DNA of 64,000 nt from Nemertoderma westbladi. Lineage: Eukaryota; Animalia; Xenacoelomorpha. Of this stretch, positions 12,865-24,100 are shown one piece after another (position 1 is the first letter of the stretch; every line of letters begins with the position of its first letter). Location: the NCBI GenBank assembly GCA_032718475.1, contig JAUCBJ010001257.1:97-64096 (forward strand), in the 5' to 3' direction. Below the pieces are notes generated by a model that saw only the letters and a program-made list of their open reading frames with translations, was not told the origin of the DNA and did no database searches. Made by a program: the position numbers and the translations under genes.

Positions 12865-13272
12865 TTAAGCACCATATTCGTTAGCAAAAGTTGTATAACA
12901 ATTTTCAAAAGTTATATATAAAATGTTCAAAAGTTGTGTTAAAAGCTATATAAAAATTCCTAAAAGTTATATAAACTTCATAAAAGTTATATTTAATAAA
13001 AGTTTTATAGAATGTCAAGAAAATATTCTAGAACACATAATGATAGTAGGCCTATAACATGTAAACTTCTTAAACTTTTATATAGATTTTCGAAATTTTT
13101 ATATAACTTTTAGGAATTTTTATATAACGTTTGCGAATTTTTATATAACATTTGGGATTTTTATATAAATTTTGGGATTTTTATATGGCTTTTAATACAA
13201 CATTTGGAAATTTTATATATAACTTTTGAGAATTTTTATATAACTTTTGCTAACGAAAAAAATGGTGCTTAA
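12865..13272. mobile_element. Foldback-type MITE bounded by TTAA
   Basis: ttaagcacca..cgttagcaaaagtt / aacttttgctaacg..tggtgcttaa; internal arrays of aaaagttatata followed by their reverse complement. Confidence 0.7.
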
Positions 13273-13531
13273 CATTAATCGCAATAAATACGTGTAGGTT
13301 TACATACACCTCCTCCACTCTCGCGCTACAACCAATCGATACTACAACATTTGTACACTTTCTGTATTTTACATTGACTTGAAATAATAATAATATTAGT
13401 GCGATGTGTTTATTAAATAATTCACTTACCCTTCTCCTAACACTAAAATAACCGCTAACACACAATATTTACGTATCATGCATGGTTAGATAGATAAATA
13501 CAACAAGGAAAGTGGGAGAGGCAGATCTTAG

Positions 13532-15225
13532 AGGGAGGGGGTTGGGATGGATCTGTAGTTGAGAGGTTGCTCTTGCTACCACCGGGGAGGGGGTTGGGAT
13601 GGATCTGTAGTTGAGAGGTTGCTCTTGCTACCACCGGGGAGGGGGTTGGGATGGATCTGTAGTTGAGAGGTTGCTCTTGCTACCACCGGGGAGGGGGTTG
13701 GGATGGATCTGTAGTTGAGAGGTTGCTCTTGCTACCACCGGGGAGGGGGTTGGGATGGATCTGTAGTTGAGAGGTTGCTCTTGCTACCACCGGGGAGGGG
13801 GTTGGGATGGATCTGTAGTTGAGAGGTTGCTCTTGCTACCACCGGGGAGGGGTTTGGGATGGATCTGTAGTTGAGAGGTTGCTCTTGCTCCCACCGGGGA
13901 GGGGGTTGGGATGGATCTGTAGTTGAGAGGTTGCTCTTGCTACCACCGGGGAGGGGGTTGGGATGGATCTGTAGTTGAGAGGTTGCTCTTGCTACCACCG
14001 GGGAGGGGGTTGGGATGGATCTGTAGTTGAGAGGTTGCTCTTGCTACCACCGGGGAGGGGGTTGGGATGGATCTGTAGTTGAGAGGTTGCTCTTGCTACC
14101 ACCGGAGAGGGGGTTGGGATGGATCTGTAGTTGAGAGGTTGCTCTTGCTACCACCGGGGAGGGGGTTGGGATGGATCTGTAGTTGAGAGGTTGCTCTTGC
14201 TACCACCGGGGAGGGGGTTGGGATGGATCTGTAGTTGAGAGGTTGCTCTTGCTACCACCGGGGAGGGGGTTGGGATGGATCTGTAGTTGAGAGGTTGCTC
14301 TTGCTACCACCGGGGAGGGGTTGGGGATGGATCTGTAGTTGAGAGGTTGCTCTTGCTCCCACCGGGGAGGGGGTTGGGATGGATCTGTAGTTGAGAGGTT
14401 GCTCTTGCTACCACCGGGGAGGGGGTTGGGATGGATCTGTAGTTGAGAGGTTGCTCTTGCTACCACCGGGGAGGGGGTTGGGATGGATCTGTAGTTGAGA
14501 GGTTGCTCTTGCTACCACCGGGGAGGGGGTTGGGATGGATCTGTAGTTGAGAGGTTGCTCTTGCTACCACCGGGGAGGGGGTTGGGATGGATCTGTAGTT
14601 GAGAGGTTGCTCTTGCTACCACCGGGGAGGGGGTTGGGATGGATCTGTAGTTGAGAGGTTGCTCTTGCTACCACCGGGGAGGGGGTTGGGATGGATCTGT
14701 AGTTGAGAGGTTGCTCTTGCTACCACCGGGGAGGGGGTTGGGATGGATCTGTAGTTGAGAGGTTGCTCTTGCTACCACCGGGGAGGGGGTTGGGATGGAT
14801 CTGTAGTTGAGAGGTTGCTCTTGCTACCACCGGGGAGGGGGTTGGGATGGATCTGTAGTTGAGAGGTTGCTCTTGCTACCACCGGGGAGGGGGTTGGGAT
14901 GGATCTGTAGTTGAGAGGTTGCTCTTGCTACCACCGGGGAGGGGGTTGGGATGGATCTGTAGTTGAGAGGTTGCTCTTGCTACCACCGGGGAGGGGGTTG
15001 GGATGGATCTGTAGTTGAGAGGTTGCTCTTGCTACCACCGGGGAGGGGGTTGGGATGGATCTGTAGTTGAGAGGTTGCTCTTGCTACCACCGGGGAGGGG
15101 GTTGGGATGGATCTGTAGTTGAGAGGTTGCTCTTGCTACCACCGGGGAGGGGGTTGGGATGGATCTGTAGTTGAGAGGTTGCTCTTGCTACCACCGGGGA
15201 GGGGTTTGGGGGATCTGTAGTTGAA
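13532..15225. repeat. Tandem minisatellite, 52-bp unit ggggagggggttgggatggatctgtagttgagaggttgctcttgctaccacc, about 32 near-identical copies
   Basis: Period 52 read directly (gagagg at 13561 and 13613). Confidence 0.98.
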
Positions 15226-15353
15226 CTGAATTTACATACTTTGTAGCTACAGTAGATGACATTTATACATAAATCGACTACATTAATATATAATACTATC
15301 ACCATAGATAACATAAATATTGACGTAGTCCGCATAATTCGTATCCAAGTGGA

Positions 15354-15509
15354 TCAGCAGTGAGGGCTGCATTGATACAACGTGACTCCACCGAAATTCC
15401 AAGTGCCCCTGTCCCACTCCTCAGTTTCACTTTCATGACAAATTCTGTGACCTATATTTTCCCGAGAATCTTCGAAAGTGCCAGGGCAATCTTCCTTATA
15501 TAATTCGTT
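15354..15509 (-). CDS. Terminal exon of a small secreted Cys-rich, Gla-like protein (NELYKEDCPGTFEDSRENIGHRICHESETEEWDRGTWNFGGVTLYQCSPHC*)
   Basis: ttttag acceptor, phase 0, 51 codons plus TGA; contains ExxxExC; absent from the ORF track. Confidence 0.65.
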   Translation of the reverse strand, partial: NELYKEDCPGTFEDSRENIGHRICHESETEEWDRGTWNFGGVTLYQCSPHC

Positions 15510-16972
15510 CTAAAATCATAACAAACTAGTAATTATCTAAATCTTAACATTATCCACCCAATCCCAATTTACTGTAGTAAACATATTTTGTATATAAACC
15601 GCAAGTACGAATAATTATATTTGATATATTAATAATAGATATTGCCATATTGGGCTAAATAGGAACTGAAATCCTTATAGGCCTACTGTATATAATTGGA
15701 TCTCATAATAGAGAAACTAATTCCCAAGAACCAAACAGGATTTCAACCAAATACATTAACAATACCTTCCTGCAGTTCAGGTGGACCTCAATAATTCATT
15801 CGACTCCATCTCCATTGAGGTAAGTCTTGGAAATCCTAAGAGCTTATGGAATACCAGTGTTAAAGCTTTTGCGGCCAAAATGTTCCCTTTTTTACACAAT
15901 GCGTTGACAAAACCTTAAAAACCCTTAGAACTTTTATAATTTATGAACTGACAGAAACTCACTCCATCCAACCTTTATTCTAAGTATAGAGCCTTATCGT
16001 ACACTCTTAGAGAAGAACAGCTGCCTAGATTACGAAATCATCAGCCATTGGACAGTATTTCTCTTTGTCCCCCTGCCTCTGTGTTACTTACCGTCCAATC
16101 AGTATACTTCCAACTCTACATCACGCCATAGACTGAATTACTGGATCCCTGGGTTACGGATTGATGGCATGGCTACTGGTTCATGATTGGAGTTTTTCCC
16201 GATTCCATGGATTCTATGACATTCCATGGTGATTCATCCCTTGTTGTACTACTTCAGTGAAAGGAATACGGTAAATCCTTCATTCTGACATTTCTGACTT
16301 TGCCCAAAAGACCATGTGGCTAGATGACTGTCTGTCTAAGAATATGGCTATATGACAAAACACTTACATTATCTCTCTCAACTCTCCGGTAAATGCCACA
16401 CACCGCGTCATTTATATTGTTTATATTGTTATAATACTGCGATTTGTAACATATTGATTAATGCTAATAGTTGGAGAATACTTACGATTAACCGGTAGAT
16501 CTCTTGGTTTTCATGATTTATTGAGGTAAGCGGAGAGGGGAATACTATTCACAATTGCCTAGCTCAAATAACAGTGGTTTGTATGAGTTTATGCCGTTTC
16601 ATAGTCCCCAACGTACGTGAGCTAAATTTCTCCTTATATGCGATTAAAATTGGTGACTGTTGGCAAATTAGCGTGTTTCAGTACTATTGTCAGTGACGTG
16701 AGTGCGAGCGAATAATTATACATCCCTAAATAATGTAAACACTGTGTAGTCTCATGCCCACCCGTTGTAATTAGTATAAGTTTTAGCTCTGCGTGGTATT
16801 TAAAGCGCAGCACCTAAAAGGAACTGTTGGTATTTAACTGAAAATAAACATAGTTTTTGGAGATTATATAGTAAAGATCAATCAAATAATACAAAGTAGC
16901 CTACATCTCTCTCTGCCATAGAATCCAGTCTCCCACATCCGGTGGGTCATACGCCGCGCTAGACTGGCTTCT

Positions 16973-17238
16973 GCGGTAGTGTCCGAGTGGATATGGCGCC
17001 TGAACTGCTTACACAATAGTGTTTGGTGGCGCAGGTTCGAATCCGACTAAAGGCTGTAGAAATTTCGCTCTGTTGTGTCCCTAGGCAAGACACTTTAGAC
17101 ATTAGTGCCTACGTCAACCCAGCGGTATAATGGGAACCTGGCTTTGCTGGGGTAATGATAATAAAAGCGCTTTGAGTATGCCGAGCATAATAAAGCGCTA
17201 TATAAATAACCAATATTATTATTTATTATTATTATTAT
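16973..17238 (+). mobile_element. tRNA-derived SINE with CORE-like central domain and L2-like tail
   Basis: A-box (tgtccgagtgg), B-box (ggttcgaatcc), tgtgtccctaggcaagacactt, aagcgctttgag..aaagcgctatataaat, (att)n tail. Confidence 0.85.
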
Positions 17239-17475
17239 ATTTGTACGGGCTGTCAGACATCATAAGACACGTAAATTAACAGGTTAAACTGTTAAAGGTC
17301 TAAAAGCGCGAACAGCGACTATTGCCTCAATTTCTACTTCTCACTTTTGTATTGGATTACGCTTACGTAATGAGGACACCCACTCACTACACTTAAACAA
17401 CAACCAGCGTATACTACGAGAACGTATGGTAGTCGATTATCACCTAGGATTATCCTATTTGTGATTCTTACCAAC

Positions 17476-17658
17476 CTGAGAGCAGCAACCCGTACAGGTG
17501 TGTTTTCCTCCGCTTTCGATACGGCAGTACGCATATCGCTCGGCAACGTCCAGGAATGCATCAGCCTCAGACTTGTCTACCTCAGGGTGAGGGAGTTCCC
17601 GTCCAAGGGTCATACAGATGTTTAACAATACAACAGATAATATCAACATAGAGTTCAT
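17476..17658 (-). CDS. First coding exon of the secreted Cys-rich protein: signal peptide, propeptide-like segment and 4 Cys
   Basis: MNSMLILSVVLLNICMTLG hydrophobic leader; EADAFLDVAER|YAYC; ends at CAG|gttggt (alternative donor G|gtaaga 4 nt further on). Confidence 0.7.
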
Positions 17659-18198
17659 TTTGTCTAGTTCTAACTTCAACCTGGATTTGTTTTTACTATG
17701 TAAAAGATATACCGATACCGATCTGACTATATCGCTTATCGACTATATCGTCTCAGTTCTTTAATAATCGTAAATCATTATCCGAAGTTGCAATATGTGA
17801 CTTCAGTCAATTTTACTGTACTGTACTGTAGGGGGTACCGATAAAGGTGGTTGTGATACGGGAGTAATATACAGATATTGAGGTATTATTAGCCATTTTT
17901 ATGCAATAAATTATTTTCCGCGCAGCTCGCCAGTCAGCGAGCGTATTATTGTCTATAGTCTACGGTTACTCAGTGGCGTCGCAGCATCCCATGCGCCCCC
18001 CTGCAAAATTTTGCCTGCGCCCCCTTACAGTGCATTAAAAAGTGAAATTGTAATGCAAGTTGCCAAATCTGGCTTGTCCGTACCACCCCCCCCCCCCCCC
18101 CCCCCCCAACCCCATTACATCAAAAAGTACACAATCTGAATTTATAACATAATATGAATTTCGTTGAAAAATATCTGTGTCTGAGATATGGCAGTTTA

Positions 18199-21100
18199 AC
18201 TATATTAACTAGGGGTCTGCTATATGAACTAGGGGGCCTGCTATATGAACTAGGGGGCCTGCTATATTAACTAGGGGGTCTGCTATATGAACTAGGGGGC
18301 CTACTATATTAACTAGGGGTCTGCTATATGAACTAGAGGGCCTGCTATATGTACTAGGGGGCCTGCTATATTAACTAGGGGGTCTGCTATATGAACTAGG
18401 TGGCCTACTATATTAACTAGGGGTCTGCTATATGAACTAGGGGGCCTGCTATATTAACTAGGGGGTCTGCTTTATGAACTAGGGGGCCTGTTATATAAAA
18501 TAGGGGGCCTGCTATATGAACTAGGGGGCCAGCTATATGAACTAGGGGGCCTGCTATATGAACTAGGGGGCCTGCTATATGAACTAGGAGGCCTACTATA
18601 TGAACTAGGGGGCCTGCTATATGAACTAGAGGGCCTGCTATATGAACTAGGGGGCCTGCTATATTAACTAGGGGGCCTGCTATATTAACTAGGGGGCCTG
18701 CTATATGAACTAGGGGGCCTACTATATTAACTAGGGGGCCTGCTATACGAAAACTGTGGGGGCCTGCTATATGAACTAGGGGGCCTGCTATATGAACTAG
18801 TGGGCCTGCTTTATGAACTAGGGGACCTGCTATATGAACTAGGGGACCTACTATATGAACTAGGGGGCCTGCTATATGAACTAGGGGGCCTGCTATATGA
18901 ATTAGGGAGGCTACTATATGAACTAGGGGGGCTACTATATTAACTAGGGGGCCTGCTATATGAACTAGGGGGCCTGATATATTAACTAGGGGCTCTGCTA
19001 TATGAACTAGTGGGCCTGCTATATGAACTAGGGGGCCTGCTATATGAACTAGTGGGCCTTCTATATGAACTAGTGGGCCTGCTATATGAACTAGTGGGCC
19101 TGCTTTATGAACTAGGGGGCCTGCTATATGAACTAGAGGGCCTGCTATATGAACTAGTGGGCATCCTATATGAACTAGGGGGCCTGCTATATGAACTAGA
19201 GGGCCTGCTATATGAACTAGTGGGCATCCTATATGAACTAGGGGGCCTGTTATATGAACTAGGGGGCCTGTTATATGAACTAGGGGGCCTGTTATATGAA
19301 CTAGGGGGCCTGTTATATGAACTAGGGGGCCTGCTATATGAACTAGGGGGCCTGCTATATTAACTAGTGGGCCTGCTATATGAACTAGGGGGCCTGCTAT
19401 ATGAACTAGGGGGCCTGCTATATTAACTAGGGGGGCCTGCTATATTAACTAGGGGGCCTGCTATATGAACTAGGGGGCCTGCTATATGAACTAGGGGGCC
19501 TGCTATATGAACTAGTGGGCCTGCTATATGAACTAGGGGGCCTACTATATTAACTAGGGGGCCTGCTATATGAACTAGGGGGCCTGCTATATGAACTAGG
19601 GGGCCTGCTATATGAACTAGGGGACTGATATATGAACTAGGGGGCCTGTTATATGAACTAGGGGGCCTGTTATATGAACTAGGGGGCCTGTTATATGAAC
19701 TAGGGGGCCTGCTATATTAACTAGAGGGCCTGCTATATGAACTGGGGGGCCAGCTATATGAACTAGGGGGCCTGCTATATTAACTAGGGGGCCTGCTATA
19801 TGAACTAGGGGGCCTGCTATATGAACTAGGAGGCCTACTATATTAACTAGGGGGCCTGCTATATGAACTAGAGGGCCTGCTATATGAACTAGGGGGCCTG
19901 CTATATTAACTAGGGGGCCTGCTATATTAACTAGGGGGCCTGCTATATGAACTGGGGGGCCTACTATATTAACTAGGGGGCCTTCTATATGAACTAGTGG
20001 GCCTGCTATATGAACTAGGGGGTCTACTATATTAACTAGTGGGCCTGCTTTATGAACTAGGGGGCCAGCTATATGAACTAGAGGACCTACTATATGAACT
20101 AGGGGGCCTGCTATATGAAGTAGAGGACCTGCTATATGAACTAGAGGGCCTTCTATATGAACTAGTGGGCCTGCTATATGAACTAGGGGGTCTACTATAT
20201 TAACTAGTGGGCCTGCTTTATGAACTAGGGGGCCAGCTATATGAACTAGAGGACCTACTATATGAACTAGGGGGCCTGCTATATGAACTAGGGGGGCTGC
20301 TATATGAACTAGGGGGGCCTGCTATATGAACTAGGGGGGCTGCTATATTAACTAGGGGGCCTGCTATATGAACTAGGGGGGCTGCTATATGAACTAGGGG
20401 GCCTGCTATATGAACTAGGGGGGCTGCTATATGAACTAGGGGGGCCTGCTATATGAACTAGGGGGGCTGCTATATTAACTAGGGGGCCTGCTATATGAAC
20501 TAGGGGGCCTGCTATATGAACTAGGGGGGCTGCTATATGAACTAGTGGGCCTGCTATATGAACTAGGGGGCCAGCTATATGAACTAGAGGACCTACTATA
20601 TGAACTAGGGGGCCTGCTATATGAACTAGGGGGGCTGCTATATGAACTAGGGGGGCCTGCTATATGAACTAGGGGGCCTGCTATATGAACTAGGGGGCCA
20701 GCTATATGAACTAGAGGACCTACTATATGAACTAGGGGGCCTGCTATATGAACTAGGGGGGCTGCTATATGAACTAGGGGGGCCTGCTATATGAACTAGG
20801 GGGGCTGCTATATTAACTAGGGGGCCTGCTATATGAACTAGGGGGCCTGCTATATGAACTAGGGGGGCTGCTATATGAACTAGTGGGCCTGCTTTATGAA
20901 CTAGGGGGCCTGCTATATGAACTAGGGGGCCTACTATATTAACTAGGTGGCCTGCTATATGAACTAGGGGGCCTGCTATATGAACTAGGGGGTGCCTGCT
21001 ATATGAAGTAGAGGACCTGCTATATGAACTAGAGGGCCTTCTATATGAACTAGTGGGCCTGCTATATGAACTAGGGGGTCTACTATATTAACTAGTGGGC

Positions 21101-24100
21101 CTGCTTTATGAACTAGGGGGCCTGCTATATGAACTAGGGGGCCTACTATATTAACTAGGGGGCATGCTATATGAACTAGTGGGCCTACTATATGAACTAG
21201 GGGGGCTGCTATATGAACTAGGGGGCCTACTATATTAACTAGGGGGCCTGCTATATGAACTAGTGGGCCTGCTATATGAACTAGAGGACCTGCTATATGA
21301 ACTAGGGGGCCTTCTATATGAACTAGTGGGCCTGCTATATGAACTAGGGGGCCTGCTATATGAACTAGGGGGCCTGCTATATGAACTAGTGGGCCTGCTA
21401 TATGAACTAGGGGGCCTGCTATATGAACTAGAGGACCTGCTATATGAACTAGGGGGCCTTCTATATGAACTAGTGGACCTACTATATGAACTAGGGGGGC
21501 TGCTATATGAACTAGGGGGCCTGCTATATGAACTAGGGGGCCTGCTATATGAACTAGAGGACCTGCTATATGAACTAGGGGGCCTTCTATATGAACTAGT
21601 GGGCCTGCTATATGAACTAGGGGGCCTACTATATTAACTAGGGGGCCTGCTATATGAACTAGTGGGCCTACTATATGAACTAGGGGGGCTGCTATATGAA
21701 CTAGGGGGCCTGCTATATAAACTAGGGGGCTGGCTATATGAACTAGGAGGCCTACTATATTAACTAGGGGGCTGTTATATGAACTAGGGGGCCTGCTATA
21801 TGAACTAGTGGGCCTGCTATATGAACTAGGGGGCCTGCTATATTAACTAGGGGGCCTACTATATTAACTAGTGGGCCTGCTTTATGAACTAGAGGGCCTG
21901 TTATATGAACTAGGGGGCCTACTATATTAACTAGTGGGCCTGCTATATGAACTAGGGGGCCTGCTATATGAACTAGGGGGGCTGTTATATGAACTAGGAG
22001 GGCTGTTATATGACCTAGGGGGCCTGCTATATGAACTAGGGGGCCTGATATATTAACTAGGGTGCCTGCTATATGAACTAGGGGGCCTGCTATATGAACT
22101 AGGGGGCCTGCTATATGAACTAGGGGGCCTGCTATATTAACTAGGGGGTCTACTATATTAACTAGTGGGCCTGCTTTATGAACTAGGGGGCCTGCTATAT
22201 GAACTAGGGGGCCTACTATATTAACTAGGGGGCCTGCTATATTAACTAGGGGGCCTACTATATTAACTAGTGGGCCTGCTTTATGAACTAGAGGGCCTGT
22301 TATATGAACTAGGGGGCCTGCTATATGAACTAGGGGGTCTACTATATTAACTATTGGGCCTGCTTTACGAACTAGGGGGCCTGCTATATGAACTAGGGGG
22401 TCTACTATATTAACTAGTGGGCCTGCTTTATGAACTAGGGGGGCTGCTATATGAACTAGGGGGGCTGTTATATGAACTAGGGGGCCTGCTATATGAACTA
22501 GTGGGCCTGCTATATGAACTAGTGGGCCTGCTATATGAACTAGGGGGCCTGCTATATGAACTAGGGGGGCTGTTATATGAACTAGGGGGCCTGCTATATG
22601 AACTAGGGGGCCTGCTATATTAACTAGGGGGCCTACTATATTAACTAGTGGGCCTGCTTTATGAACTAGAGGGCCTGTTATATGAACTAGGGGGCCTACT
22701 ATATTAACTAGTGGGCCTGCTTTATGAACTAGAGGGCCTGTTATATGAACTAGGGGGCCTACTATATTAACTAGTGGGCCTGCTATATGAACTAGGGGGC
22801 CTGCTATATGAACTAGGGGGCCTGCTATATTAACTAGGGGGCCTGCTATATGAACTAGTGGGCCTACTATATGAACTAGGGGGGCTGCTATATGAACTAG
22901 GGGGGCCTGCTATATGAACTAGGGGGCCTGTTATATGAACTAGGGGGCCTACTATATGAACTAGGGGGGCTGCTATATGAACTAGGGGGGCCTGCTATAT
23001 GAACTAGGGGGCCTGCTATATGAACTAGGGGGCCTGCTATATGAACTAGGGGGCCTGCTATATGAACTAGGGGGGCCTGCTATATGAACTAGGGGGCCTG
23101 CTATATGAACTAGGGGGCCTGCTATATGAACTAGGGGGCCTGCTATATTAACTAGGGGGCCTGCTATATGAACTAGTGGGCCTACTATATGAACTAGGGG
23201 GCCTGCTATATTAACTAGGGGGCCTGCTATATGAACTAGGGGGCCTGCTATATGAACTAGGGGGGCCTGCTATATGAACTAGGGGGCCTGCTATATGAAC
23301 TAGGGGGCCTGCTATATTAACTAGGGGGCCTGCTATATGAACTAGTGGGCCTACTATATGAACTAGGGGGGCTGCTATATGAACTAGGGGGGCCTGCTAT
23401 ATGAACTAGGGGGGCCTGCTATATGAACTAGGGGGCCTGCTATATGAACTAGGGGGCCTGCTATATGAACTAGGGGGCCTGCTATATTAACTAGGGGGCC
23501 TGCTATATGAACTAGTGGGCCTACTATATGAACTAGGGGGCCTGCTATATTAACTAGGGGGCCTGCTATATGAACTAGGGGGCCTGCTATATGAACTAGG
23601 GGGCCTGCTATATTAACTAGGGGGCCTGCTATATGAACTAGGGGGCCTGCTATATGAACTAGGGGGGCCTGCTATATGAACTAGGGGGCCTGCTATATGA
23701 ACTAGGGGGCCTGCTATATGAACTAGGGGGCCTGCTATATTAACTAGGGGGCCTGCTATATGAACTAGTGGGCCTACTATATGAACTAGGGGGGCTGCTA
23801 TATGAACTAGGGGGGCCTGCTATATGAACTAGGGGGCCTGTTATATGAACTAGGGGGCCTACTATATGAACTAGGGGGGCTGCTATATGAACTAGGGGGG
23901 CCTGCTATATGAACTAGAGGGCCTGCTATATGAACTAGGGGGCCTGTTATATGAACTAGGGGGCCTGCTATATGAACTAGTGGGCCTGCTATATGAACTA
24001 GGGGGCCTGTTATATGAACTAGGGGGCCTACTATATGAACTAGGGGGGCTGCTATATGAACTAGGGGGGCCTGCTATATGAACTAGAGGGCCTGCTATAT

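Noticed and set aside
13430-13442. 13-nt segment with good minus-strand splice sites (ttttag|...|gtaagt)
   Set aside because: Cannot be linked to any coding frame; may be chance or a non-coding exon
16092-16132. Possible selenocysteine exon (SMA-TGA-CRVG)
   Set aside because: No SECIS identified, no recognisable selenoprotein context, and all three frames from this acceptor contain stops
16973-17050. tRNA gene
   Set aside because: A and B boxes are present, but I could not form an acceptor stem and the sequence continues into a SINE body and tail
19010-22623. Leu-rich (LYELGGL)n ORFs
   Set aside because: Translations of the 21-bp satellite, repeatedly broken by TAA variants and indels
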